Assembly: GCA_001872725.1 (NCBI GenBank)
Contig: MNWR01000017.1
Coordinates: 1,982 to 65,981, forward strand
Length of the DNA stretch: 64,000 nt
Source of the DNA: Proteobacteria bacterium CG1_02_64_396
GTDB lineage: Bacteria > Pseudomonadota > MNWR01 > CG1-02-64-396
Reading direction: 5' to 3'
The notes under the pieces were generated by a model. It was given only the letters and a program-made list of their open reading frames with translations. It was not told where the DNA came from and did no database searches. This document shows positions 19,047 through 28,242 of the stretch, piece after piece. How positions within the stretch are numbered: the stretch's first letter is position 1; the number at the start of each line of letters is the position of its first letter. Both the position numbers and the translations under genes were made by a program.

Positions 19047-21104
19047 TTACCTCGGACTGGCCCCGATATTCCCACCATCGACCGGAATCGTCGCCCCAGT
19101 GGTTTTGAGGGCGGTGGCCAAATAGAGGAAGGCCTCGGCCACATCCCCCGCCGTCACCTCGCGGCTGAGCATGTTGCCCCGGAAGTACTGATCCTCGCTT
19201 AAACCCCGCGCCTTCAAGCGCTCCTCCAGCACCCCGCCGCCGAAGAGCTGAGTGCGCACCCGGTCGGCGTTGACCGCCCCGGTGCGAATGCCATCGGCGG
19301 CGTAGTCGACCGCGTACTGCTTCATCAAGGTCACCACCGCCCCCTTGGGAACCGAGTAGGGGCCGAAGTCGGGGCCGGGGGTGAAGGAGGACTTGCTGGC
19401 GTTGAAGAGCAAAAAGCCCCCCGTCCCCTGCCCCTTCATCACCCGGGTGGCGGCGGCGGCGACCCATTGGTGGGAGAGCCAGTTGAGCTCCAGCGATTGG
19501 CGGATCAGCGCCTCGCTCGCCTCGGCCAGCGGAGCGCTCCAGGCTTTTCCTGCATTTGAAATCACCCCGTCGATGCCGCCATAGCGGCGCACAATCTGCT
19601 CCACCTCCCCCTCGACCGCGCCCCGTTCAGTGACGTCAACCCGTTCGACCCAGGCGACGCCGGGCGACCTGAGCGAAAGCCGGGTGCGCTCCAGCCCCTC
19701 GGGGTCGATGTCCCACAGCGCCACCACCGCCCCCTGCGCCTCGAAAACCCTCGCCGTCTCGGCGCCGATGCCGCTCCCCGCTCCGGTCACCAACACCACC
19801 TGACCCGCCAAAGGCTTGGGCGGATTTTTGCCCAGCTTGGCCTGTTCCAGCGACCAGTACTCCATGTCGAACAGATCGAGCTCCCCCAACGGTTCATAGC
19901 GCCCGACCGACTCGGCAGCGGTGATGACCTCGATGGTGTGGCGGTAAAGGTCGGCGGCGATGGCGGCATCCTTTGGGGTCGCCCCCACCGTCACCATCCC
20001 GACCTCGGGAATCAAAATCACCCTTGGAATCACATCCAGCATGGTCCGCTCCACCCCACGAGCGGCGGCGCAGCGCTCGAAGCGGGCGCGGTACTCGGCC
20101 CCATAGGCGGCGACCGTCTCCTCCACCCGGCTTTCGATCCCGTTATCGAAGGCCCAGGGCAAATCGTCGAGGATCAGCGGCAACGGCTTGGTGCGGATGA
20201 CGTGGTCGGGGGTGATGGGGCCGCGCTGGCCGATCTGTTTGAGATCGGGGCGATGGATGAAAGCCAGCGTCGCTTCGCTGTCGTCGAGCGCCAAAGCCCA
20301 GCGGCGATAACTGCCCTCCTCGTCGCCCGGAAGCGACAGGGCGCCGCGCAGGATGGGGAGCAGGCGGTGGATCCGCTCGGGGGCGGCATGGGGCACCCCG
20401 TTGGTTGCCGCCGGTTTACGCACCTCAAGGTAGACCTCGGCCCGACCGATGGCGGTCGCCATCCGCTCAAAGCTCTGCCGGGCGCTATCGCCGAAGGTGA
20501 AAATGCCGTGTTTGAGCAGGATCAACCCCTCAACCTCGGGGTTGGCATCGAAAACCTCGGCAGCCCGTTTGGCGAGCGCAAAACCGGGCATGATGTAGTC
20601 GACGATTCCAAAGCGATCCCCGAACAAATCGCGGATGAGCGCTTCGCCGTTGGGTTGATCGACCAGGGCGAGGATGGCGTCGGCGTGGGTGTGGTCGATG
20701 AAGCGGTGGGGCAAAAAGGCGTGGAGCAGGGTTTCAACCGAGGGATTGGGGGCGGTGGCGTCGAGCAGGTTGATCCGCTGCTGGTTGACCATCGCCTCGT
20801 CGCTTAAGCCCCCGAGCGCCCGAAGTTTGCGCAGCGGATTCAGCCGCACCGCCGGATGCCCTTGGGGTTCGATGGTGGCCAGATCCCAGCCCGACCCTTT
20901 GACGTAGAGCACCTCGACCTCATCCCCGGTCAGGTCGTGCGCCACCCCCTTGACCGAGGTGTTGCCGCCACCGTGCAGCACCCAGCTCGGATCGCGCCCC
21001 AAAAGCCGGGCAGAGTAGGTGCGCAGCGCCAGATCGGCGGGAATATCTTGGGCGCCATACTGGGCCACCAGGGCCTGGGCGTCGTCTTCGGACCAAGTCG
21101 TCAC
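19047..21104 (-). CDS. Bifunctional class II aldolase/adducin-domain + short-chain dehydrogenase (rhamnulose-1-phosphate aldolase/alcohol dehydrogenase type)
   Basis: 685 aa, with an N-terminal aldolase_II region and a C-terminal SDR (TGAGSGIG, YSVPK). Confidence 0.85.
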   Translation of the reverse strand: MTTWSEDDAQALVAQYGAQDIPADLALRTYSARLLGRDPSWVLHGGGNTSVKGVAHDLTGDEVEVLYVKGSGWDLATIEPQGHPAVRLNPLRKLRALGGLSDEAMVNQQRINLLDATAPNPSVETLLHAFLPHRFIDHTHADAILALVDQPNGEALIRDLFGDRFGIVDYIMPGFALAKRAAEVFDANPEVEGLILLKHGIFTFGDSARQSFERMATAIGRAEVYLEVRKPAATNGVPHAAPERIHRLLPILRGALSLPGDEEGSYRRWALALDDSEATLAFIHRPDLKQIGQRGPITPDHVIRTKPLPLILDDLPWAFDNGIESRVEETVAAYGAEYRARFERCAAARGVERTMLDVIPRVILIPEVGMVTVGATPKDAAIAADLYRHTIEVITAAESVGRYEPLGELDLFDMEYWSLEQAKLGKNPPKPLAGQVVLVTGAGSGIGAETARVFEAQGAVVALWDIDPEGLERTRLSLRSPGVAWVERVDVTERGAVEGEVEQIVRRYGGIDGVISNAGKAWSAPLAEASEALIRQSLELNWLSHQWVAAAATRVMKGQGTGGFLLFNASKSSFTPGPDFGPYSVPKGAVVTLMKQYAVDYAADGIRTGAVNADRVRTQLFGGGVLEERLKARGLSEDQYFRGNMLSREVTAGDVAEAFLYLATALKTTGATIPVDGGNIGASPR

Positions 21105-21224
21105 GTCGGGTCACCTTGGGGTCGAAAGGGGCAAGCAAAAGCGGGGGGCAAGGATAGGGGCAACCGGGCACTTCGGGGAGGTCGAACGGCACAACAACAG
21201 GGGGGCTTACCGCCCCCCTTCAAA

Positions 21225-23492
21225 CTACGCCACAGGAAACAACGTCGCCAACGGCTGGGGCCGCCCCAAAAAGAACCCTTGGGCGGCGTCGACCCCCAGG
21301 TCGTGCAGATCCTCGAACACCCCCTGCTCCTCGACAAACTCGGCAATGGTCAAAATCCCCATCGCGCGGGCGATGCGGCAGGCGGCGTCGACCATGGTGC
21401 GGTCGACCGGGTCGGTCAGAATCCCCTGCACAAACGAGCCGTCGATCTTCAAAAAATCGACCGGCAGGTTTTTGAGGTAGGCGAACGAGGCCATTCCGGC
21501 GCCGAAATCGTCCAGGGCGAACTTGCAACCCAGCCGCTTGATTTCGGCGATCAACTGCCGGGTTTGCTTGAGGTTGGCCACCGCCTGGGTTTCGGTGATT
21601 TCGAAACACACTCGCCGAGGCGCAACCCCGCTCTCAAACAAGGCGCTGCGGATCTCTTCGAGCAACCCCGGATCGTCCAGGGCGTTGCCCGACAGGTTGA
21701 TCGAGCACGACTTCAGGTCGCTTTCGGGGATTTTGGCCAGCCACAACAAGGCGTTGCGGATAACCCAGCGGTCGATGGCCGACATGACGTGGTAGCGCTC
21801 GGCGGCAGGAATGAAGGCGGCGGGGAGCAGCAGGTGCCCGGCGGTGTCGAGCATCCGCACCAGCACCTCGATGCGCGAAAACCGACCGGTCTTGCCCTCC
21901 TCCAGCGAAAAGATCGGCTGCCCATAGAGTAGGAATCGCCCCTCGCGCAGCGCCTGATGCAGCGAGGCGGCCCGGTCGAGTTCTTCAAAGCGGCGCATCA
22001 CCTCGGCATCGGAGTCGCGGTAGAGGTGGATGCGATTGCGACCGCTGTCCTTGGCCAAGAAACAGGCGATATCGACCCGGCGCATCACCTCCTCGGCGCC
22101 GGAGCAGGCCGCATCGAGATCGGCAATCCCCATGCTGCATCCAATCTGGAAGGTGCGATTGCCCCAAATAAATTGAAAGTCGGCGATCCGCCCCAGCAAC
22201 CGCTCCCCCCGACGCAGCGACTCTTCAAGGTCGGCGCCCGGAAAGAGCACCCCAAACTCGTCCCCCCCCAAGCGGGCCAGCATCCCCCGCCGCTCCATCG
22301 CCCCTTCCAAATGCTGCCCGAGCTCGCGCAGCAGCTCATCCCCCGCCACATGGCCGCAGGTGTCGTTGATAACCTTGAACTGATCCAGATCGAGGTAGGC
22401 GACCCCGGCGGGGATGGCGGATTCGATGGCCTGACTTAAGGCCTCGTCGATCAGGTTGGAAAAACTGCGGCGATTGAGCAAACCGGTCAGGGCATCGTGG
22501 CTCTCTTGGTAAGAGAGGCGGTCGGCCATACGACGGGCCTCCCCCACATCTTGAAGGACCATCACCATCCCCAACACCGCCCCGTCGTCGCTGCGGATGG
22601 GGGCGACGGTCCCCTCGACGGTGTTGTAGTTGCCGTAACGGTCGCCGATCAGCCAGCCCTCCGACAGGGCAATCGGCTGCCCTCCACTCAGGGGCTGATC
22701 CAGAATATGGGCGACATCGTCCCCCTCCTCGTCCCAGCTCAACCGCACCACCTCGCCGAAGGGGCGCCCTTGCGCCTCGGCCAGCGTCCAGCCGGTCAGC
22801 CGTTCGGCCTCCCGGTTCATTTGCCGAATCGTGCCGTCGCCATGGGTGGTAATCACCCCCTCGACAATCGATTGCAGCGTGACCTCGGACCACTCTCGGG
22901 CCTCCAGCAATTCGCGCCGATTCTGGGCATGTTCCACCGCCACCGCCGCCAGGGCGGCTGCGGTCACCATCACCTGGCGTTCGAAGGGGGTGGGGGTGCG
23001 GGGGCGGTCGTGGGAGACGGCGAAGGTGCCGAGCAGCCTACGCTGACTCGACATGAAGGGGACCGACCAACAGGCGCGGATGTTGTAGTCCAGCGCCAGA
23101 TCGCGGAAAGGGGCCCAGAGGGGATCGGTGGCGATGTCGGTGACAATCACCGCCTCGCCCCGAAAGGCGGCGGTGCCGCAGGATCCGGCGCATTCGCCCA
23201 CCACCAAGCCGTTGAGGGCGGCGGCGTAATCGGCGGGCAGCTTGGGGGCCAGGCCACGCCCCAGGGTTTTGCCCTCCCGGTCGGCCAGCAGCACCGAGGA
23301 CATCCCCCCCTCGATGTGCTCGTCGATCAGCGCACACAATTCCCACAAGGTTTTCTCAACCGTTTGCCCCTGGGCCAGGGCGGCGAGCAGGCGGTTTTGC
23401 CCGGCCAGCAATTCGGCTATTTGGGTCGAATCGTGGCAGGCATCGGGGGCATCGGAGAGAAAACTGGTCAGCGGGTGTGTGGGAGGGGCCAT
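21225..23492 (-). CDS. GAF-PAS-GGDEF-EAL c-di-GMP turnover protein
   Basis: ATG 23492 within ORF 21225..23648. It has a GGDEF site RLGGDEFGVLF and EAL-domain motifs (EVLVRM, DDFGAG, KIDGSF). Confidence 0.9.
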   Translation of the reverse strand: MAPPTHPLTSFLSDAPDACHDSTQIAELLAGQNRLLAALAQGQTVEKTLWELCALIDEHIEGGMSSVLLADREGKTLGRGLAPKLPADYAAALNGLVVGECAGSCGTAAFRGEAVIVTDIATDPLWAPFRDLALDYNIRACWSVPFMSSQRRLLGTFAVSHDRPRTPTPFERQVMVTAAALAAVAVEHAQNRRELLEAREWSEVTLQSIVEGVITTHGDGTIRQMNREAERLTGWTLAEAQGRPFGEVVRLSWDEEGDDVAHILDQPLSGGQPIALSEGWLIGDRYGNYNTVEGTVAPIRSDDGAVLGMVMVLQDVGEARRMADRLSYQESHDALTGLLNRRSFSNLIDEALSQAIESAIPAGVAYLDLDQFKVINDTCGHVAGDELLRELGQHLEGAMERRGMLARLGGDEFGVLFPGADLEESLRRGERLLGRIADFQFIWGNRTFQIGCSMGIADLDAACSGAEEVMRRVDIACFLAKDSGRNRIHLYRDSDAEVMRRFEELDRAASLHQALREGRFLLYGQPIFSLEEGKTGRFSRIEVLVRMLDTAGHLLLPAAFIPAAERYHVMSAIDRWVIRNALLWLAKIPESDLKSCSINLSGNALDDPGLLEEIRSALFESGVAPRRVCFEITETQAVANLKQTRQLIAEIKRLGCKFALDDFGAGMASFAYLKNLPVDFLKIDGSFVQGILTDPVDRTMVDAACRIARAMGILTIAEFVEEQGVFEDLHDLGVDAAQGFFLGRPQPLATLFPVA

Positions 23493-23560
23493 GGGGCGAT
23501 CTACCTTTGATCGAAGATTCGAATCCAGCCGAATAGTCCGGAGAAATTCAGGTTCTGCGG

Positions 23561-24010
23561 TTAACCGTACCCCGGAGGAAGCCTTGAAATCCAGCGCTCC
23601 ACCGCCCAAGGCGCCACCTCGGCCAATCGTCCGGCGCTCACCCCCCAAAATCTCGCCTTAACTTGGGCAAAACGGGGGTCGGCAAGCCGCACCAGCCCCC
23701 AGGCGGTTAAGGGGTCCAGCCCATGGGCCGAATCGCCCAACCGCCCCCCGAAGCGGTGCAGTGCGGCGGCGGGCAGGGGGTGGATCCGCCCGGCGGGGCG
23801 GGTAGGGTCGAGCAGCGCGTCGACGATCCACAACCGCTTGGGAACCACCGGTTCGGCCAAAAGCCGGGTGAGGTCGCTCCAGGCCAGCCGCACCCAAAGG
23901 TCGGGGCGACGGCTTCGCGCCAACCGCGCCAGTTCGATCCCCACCGCGTCGTGTTCGGTCAGATCGTTGCCCAGCCCCACAAGACCAAAGCAGGGGGACT
24001 CACCCCTCAT
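23561..24010 (-). CDS. [NiFe]-hydrogenase maturation endopeptidase (HoxW/HycI/HybD family)
   Basis: It has GLGNDLTEHDAVG, IVDAL and SAHGL metal-ligand motifs. It overlaps the stop of the large-subunit gene. Confidence 0.8.
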   Translation of the reverse strand: MRGESPCFGLVGLGNDLTEHDAVGIELARLARSRRPDLWVRLAWSDLTRLLAEPVVPKRLWIVDALLDPTRPAGRIHPLPAAALHRFGGRLGDSAHGLDPLTAWGLVRLADPRFAQVKARFWGVSAGRLAEVAPWAVERWISRLPPGYG

Positions 24011-25316
24011 GGCGCACGCGCAGGTCGATCAGGTGGGTTGCACACGAAATACAGGGGTCGTAGGCGCGGGCGAGCATCTCAAGTTCACGGCGCAGCGGCG
24101 CCTGATCCCCGGTTCCCCCTGCCCCAGCCCCCCCCCACCAACGTCCGGTCAAACGCTCAATATCTTGCTCCAGCGAGGCCAGATTTTGGGCGGTGGGGGT
24201 GACGATGTCGCAATCGGTCACCACCCCGTTTTCAACCGTATAGGCGTGAAAGAGGGTGCCACGGGGGACTTCAAGGGCGGCAACCCCTTGCCCCGACGGG
24301 CGCGTTCTCAGAACCGGGTCGGGACGGCGCCCGGCGTGCAGGGCGATCTGTTCGATCAAGGTCAGCGCCCGCTCCAACGCCCAAACCAACTCGATGTACT
24401 GCCCAGCGTGGTTGGCCCCCGATCCGGCCTGCTCCCACATCGGCTGCCAACGGCGCCACAGCGCCCCGGCCGCCCCATCGAGCCGTGCGCCGCTGTGAAA
24501 ACAGCGGGCCGCCGCCCCCACCATGAAGGGCTGTTTGGCGTAGAGCGACTGTTTGGCGGTGGAGTGGCCCACCACATGTTCGTGCACCCGGCTGCGAAAA
24601 TCGGCCAGCCCGACCGGCTCGAATCCGGTGGCGAGCAACCGCTTGCCCCGCAAGCCGTAGCCCGCCCCTTCAGGCTCTAGGGCGACCCAAAGTTTAGGGC
24701 CGGGTTGGGGGGTCGCCTCGATCAGGGTTTCGACCAGCCCCAGCAGGGCATCGGCATCCTCTCGGGCCTGGGCCACTTCGGAGGTCAGCGCGGTGAGCAC
24801 CTCCCGGTCAGGGAACAGCCCCGCCCCCCCCACGGTGATGTTCATCGGATGGATCGCCCGCCCTCCGATCCGCTCCTGAATCAAATTGCCGACCCGCTTG
24901 ATGTTCAGCCCCTTGACCACCGCGTCATGGTGGGTTTGGGCCATCGCCAAAATCCCGGTCGCCCCCACCGCGTCGGGGGCGGCCAGGGCGAACAGGTGCA
25001 GGGCGTGGGATTCGATGGTTTCCCCCACATTGAGCAGATCGCGCAGCGCCTGCACCTCGGTGTCGACCTCGATCCCCAGGGCATCCTCCAGGGCGGCAAC
25101 CGAGGTCAGGGTGTGGGCCGCCGAGCATATCGAACAGACCCGGCTAACGATTCCCGGCACCGCCTCGACCGGTTGACCAACCAACAGCACCTCGAAAAAC
25201 CGGGAGCCCTCGAAGATGTCGCTTTGGACTTGGGTGGCGCCGTCGGGGCCGACCTCGACCCGAATGCCGCCGTGCCCTTCGACACGGTACAGATGGGGGA
25301 TGGCGATGGTGGTCAT
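24000..25316 (-). CDS. [NiFe]-hydrogenase large (catalytic) subunit, short group-3-like form
   Basis: 438 aa from ATG 25316, with RVEGHG, the N-terminal RVCSICSAAH motif and the C-terminal DPCISCATH motif followed by a short cleavable tail. Confidence 0.9.
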   Translation of the reverse strand: MTTIAIPHLYRVEGHGGIRVEVGPDGATQVQSDIFEGSRFFEVLLVGQPVEAVPGIVSRVCSICSAAHTLTSVAALEDALGIEVDTEVQALRDLLNVGETIESHALHLFALAAPDAVGATGILAMAQTHHDAVVKGLNIKRVGNLIQERIGGRAIHPMNITVGGAGLFPDREVLTALTSEVAQAREDADALLGLVETLIEATPQPGPKLWVALEPEGAGYGLRGKRLLATGFEPVGLADFRSRVHEHVVGHSTAKQSLYAKQPFMVGAAARCFHSGARLDGAAGALWRRWQPMWEQAGSGANHAGQYIELVWALERALTLIEQIALHAGRRPDPVLRTRPSGQGVAALEVPRGTLFHAYTVENGVVTDCDIVTPTAQNLASLEQDIERLTGRWWGGAGAGGTGDQAPLRRELEMLARAYDPCISCATHLIDLRVRHEG

Positions 25317-25424
25317 GGGATCTCTGGGGGGGGTGAGTGGGCAAAGATCAATCGTTCGGCCTACGTCAAACACCGGCATCGCCTACCAGCACGGCGCGGT
25401 GATGGAGCATAACCTCTCGGTCAA

Positions 25425-25445
25425 TTTATACCGGAGTTTATACCG
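25425..25445. promoter_or_regulatory. AT-rich direct repeat TTTATACCG x2 (12-bp phasing) upstream of the hydrogenase large-subunit gene
   Basis: The copies are at 25425-25433 and 25437-25445. The minus strand reads GGTATAAA..GGTATAAAT, which is -10-like, about 110-130 nt upstream of ATG 25316. Confidence 0.35.
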
Positions 25446-25508
25446 CCCCAGTGGCACAAAAATGTCGAAACCACCGTTGGTGGTTGTCTTACTTAAGGAA
25501 GCGCCGCT

Positions 25509-27131
25509 TCAGGCGTCGGTTGCGGCCAAACGCCGCGCACCCGACCCGTCATACCCCCCGCCCTCGCCCCCCATCCCCTGCCGATAAACCCGGACGCAAT
25601 CCCGCCCCTCGCCTTTGGCGTGGTACATGGCCCGGTCGGCGCATTGGATCAACTGCTCCTCCGATTGGGCGTGATCGGGATAGAGCGCCACCCCGAGACT
25701 GGAGGAGATGTTGAGATTCTGCCCCTCGACCTGAAAGGGCCGACTCAGCGACAGCCAGATGTGCTCGGCAACCGCCACCGCCCCCTGTTCATCCTTGATC
25801 GCGGGGAGCAACACCACGAACTCGTCGCCGCCGATGCGAGACACCGAATCGGTTTTGCGATTCAGACAATTGCGAATTCGCTCCGCCGCCGTCTTGAGCA
25901 AATCATCACCGATGTTGTGACCGTAACGGTCGTTGACCGGCTTAAATGCGTCGAGGTCGACGAAGATCAGCGCCACCGACCCCTTGATCTGAGCGGCACG
26001 GGCGATCTCTTGTTGCAGGCGATCAAGAAACAGCGAGCGATTCGGCAGGCCGGTCAAGGGATCGTGGTAGGCCAGGTGCTCGACCCGGTCCTCCTTGAGC
26101 TTGCGGTCGGTGATGTCGTAAAACCAACCCAAAACCGTCGGTCGATTTTGATACTCCATCGAAAAGTAGGAGGCCAGCACCCACTTGCGCCAGTGCTCCC
26201 CTTTGGGGGCCCGAATCTCGATCAGTTTGTTGACCACCTGCCCCCCTTTGGCCAACACCACCTGTACATCGAAATAATCCTGGGCTTGGGCGTAATACTG
26301 AACGGGGACCGTCCCGATGGCCTCTTCCGGGGTCGATTCGATCAACTGGGCATAACTGGCGTTGGCAAAAATCACCTTGAAGGTATCGGCATCGGCGATC
26401 CGGGTGGCCACGGGGCTGGTTTCGAGCATTTGGTGCAACTGCCGCTCGTTCTCGGTCGCCTTGAGCCGCAGATGTTGGTTCTCCTCCATCCGACGGCGCG
26501 ATTGGCGGGCGCTGGAGAGCAGGAACACCAAAAACAGGGCCGTCATCGCCCCCATGCCGAGCGAAATCGAGTCCCCCTCGCTCGAAAGAAACCCAATTTG
26601 CGGCAGCAAAACCGGAAAAAGAAAACCTCGGGTTGAAATCGGATCGATGGCCAAGGTTGTGGCGGCCCCGGCACACAAACCGGCCAACACAAAGGCGACG
26701 TAGATTTTGTGGGCGATGTCGCCGGAAGGGGCGAGCAAAACCCCGCCAATCCCCCAGACGATGCCGGTGGCAATGGCGGCCATGCGGAAGCGGCGCAGAC
26801 GCCGACTCGCATCCGACGGGCTGGCGGAATCGTTTTGTCGTTTCCAGGGAAGGTACAAAACCGTGCGGATCAACAACACCGCAGCGAGGGCGGCGGACCA
26901 ACCCAGCAGCAACGTCGGGTCGATCACCGACGCCTGAACGAACACCAAAATCACAGCAAGGAGGGCGCTGATGGCGATGGAGGCGGGCAGATGGGCGTAC
27001 AGCAGATCGATCTGCTCACCCCGATACGGGCCGGAGGAGGAATCGTTCGGGAAGGGGGGATTGAGGCCGGGCAGCGCCATCGCTTCGGCGAGGGGGATGG
27101 CGTTTTTTTCGGATGCTCGTGGGTGCGCCAC
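25509..27131 (-). CDS. Membrane-anchored PAS-GGDEF diguanylate cyclase
   Basis: 540 aa with about 6 TM helices, a PAS region and an active-site-type RIGGDEFVVLL. Confidence 0.9.
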   Translation of the reverse strand: MAHPRASEKNAIPLAEAMALPGLNPPFPNDSSSGPYRGEQIDLLYAHLPASIAISALLAVILVFVQASVIDPTLLLGWSAALAAVLLIRTVLYLPWKRQNDSASPSDASRRLRRFRMAAIATGIVWGIGGVLLAPSGDIAHKIYVAFVLAGLCAGAATTLAIDPISTRGFLFPVLLPQIGFLSSEGDSISLGMGAMTALFLVFLLSSARQSRRRMEENQHLRLKATENERQLHQMLETSPVATRIADADTFKVIFANASYAQLIESTPEEAIGTVPVQYYAQAQDYFDVQVVLAKGGQVVNKLIEIRAPKGEHWRKWVLASYFSMEYQNRPTVLGWFYDITDRKLKEDRVEHLAYHDPLTGLPNRSLFLDRLQQEIARAAQIKGSVALIFVDLDAFKPVNDRYGHNIGDDLLKTAAERIRNCLNRKTDSVSRIGGDEFVVLLPAIKDEQGAVAVAEHIWLSLSRPFQVEGQNLNISSSLGVALYPDHAQSEEQLIQCADRAMYHAKGEGRDCVRVYRQGMGGEGGGYDGSGARRLAATDA

Positions 27132-27163
27132 CGGGCGACTCCTTTGGCAGGACTTTCTTCGAT

Positions 27164-27636
27164 CTAAGGAAGCGCCGATTGATTCGGCGTTTCCCTGGGA
27201 GTATGTCGGACCTGAGGTTCGGCCACGGGGTGGCCTCCTGCGCGCAATGGCCCCTGCGTCGGTCCAGGCCTAACCTGAAAACCCCCATCCCGGCGTCATC
27301 CCAGAGCAGGCGGGGATCCAGCAGTCGCGGGGGCGACAGCGTTGGGGGGAATGGGGACGCGGCGGGGGGGGACGCAATCGCGCCGGGGGCGGCGCTCCTA
27401 CCGCGTCGCATCAGGGCAATCGCGCCGGGGGCGGCGCTCCTACCGCGTCGCATCAGGGCAATCGCGCCGGGGGCGGCGCTCCTACCGCGTCGCATCAGAG
27501 CAATCGCGCCGGGGGCGGCGGCTCCTACCTCGTCGCATCAGAGCAATCGCGCCGGGGGCGGCGCTCCTACCGCGTCGCATCAGGGTGCCTACTAAGCTTC
27601 ATGGCGGAGTTTTGCCTTGAATCAGCGCTTCCCTAA
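27164..27636. mobile_element. MITE-like repeat family 1, copy D (expanded, 473 bp)
   Basis: The termini are CTAAGGAAGCGCCGATTGATTCGGCG and CCTTGAATCAGCGCTTCCCTAA. It contains a five-unit 42-bp tandem array. Confidence 0.7.
27374..27584. repeat. Tandem repeat, 42 bp x 5 (one unit 43 bp)
   Basis: The unit is GCAATCGCGCCGGGGGCGGCGCTCCTACCGCGTCGCATCAGG. Each unit carries a GCGCCG-GGGG-CGGCGC hairpin. There are no spacers. Confidence 0.9.
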
Positions 27637-27795
27637 AAAATGCCCTCCCGTCGTGAGGGATGGGTCGACGGGAGGGCAAAGTGGGGGCGGCGGCGATGGT
27701 GGGGGGATGCCGCCACCCCCGGTCGACCCATCGAATCCGTCGACGGGCCGATCTATGGCTTTCGTATGTAAGGGCGCCGCTGGGGGCAATCCGCT

Positions 27796-28242
27796 TCAAA
27801 TCCCCCGCAGCCGGGTCAACCGCTTTCCAACCTCGTCGGCCACGCTGCGGGTGACGGTCAGCACGACCCCCAGCGCCGTGGCATGGGCGCTCACCATCAA
27901 CAGCAGGTAGGAATCCAAACACGGCACCTTGATACAGACCGTGGTGAGGGAGCCCGATTGCAGGGTGAGCAGATCGAGTTGTTCGGCCGACGCTGCGTCG
28001 GTGTGCACCGCACTGGCGGTGGCCTCGCCGATGGCGATCAACGAGCTGGCCAGGGCCGCCATCTTGCCGATTTGGTCGCTGGTCACCCCAACCGAACACA
28101 GGTTGAAACCGTCGGGCGAGCAGAGCACCGCCGACCCTTTGTGGGTCAACCGCTGCGGCAACCCCTCCAGGGCGGGCTGAACAAAACGGCCAAAGGCGAC
28201 GGAATCGGTTTTCCACCCCAGAACTGGGCCGGACGAACTCAT
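27796..28242 (-). CDS. Roadblock/LC7 (MglB-like) domain protein
   Basis: 148 aa with the pattern GSAVLCSPDGFNL...LLTLQSGSLTTVCIKV typical of the Roadblock fold. The start overlaps the GTPase stop (ATGA). Confidence 0.7.
   Translation of the reverse strand: MSSSGPVLGWKTDSVAFGRFVQPALEGLPQRLTHKGSAVLCSPDGFNLCSVGVTSDQIGKMAALASSLIAIGEATASAVHTDAASAEQLDLLTLQSGSLTTVCIKVPCLDSYLLLMVSAHATALGVVLTVTRSVADEVGKRLTRLRGI

Noticed and set aside
25452-25467. Sigma-54-like TGGCAC element (TGGCACAAAAATGTCG)
   Set aside because: The -12 GC is not at the GG-N10-GC spacing. The element points on the plus strand into the 3' end of a minus-strand gene, so a functional promoter is unlikely.
27374-27584. Possible CRISPR array (regular 42-bp repeats with a hairpin)
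   Set aside because: The units are directly contiguous with no unique spacers, no cas genes are nearby, and the array lies inside a MITE copy. It is a plain tandem repeat.
27113-27595. 160-aa ORF with a repeated IAPGAALLPRRIRA peptide (and antisense ORF 27016..27495)
   Set aside because: The periodic peptide is just the translation of the 42-bp tandem repeat inside a non-coding element. There is no start context or coding signal.
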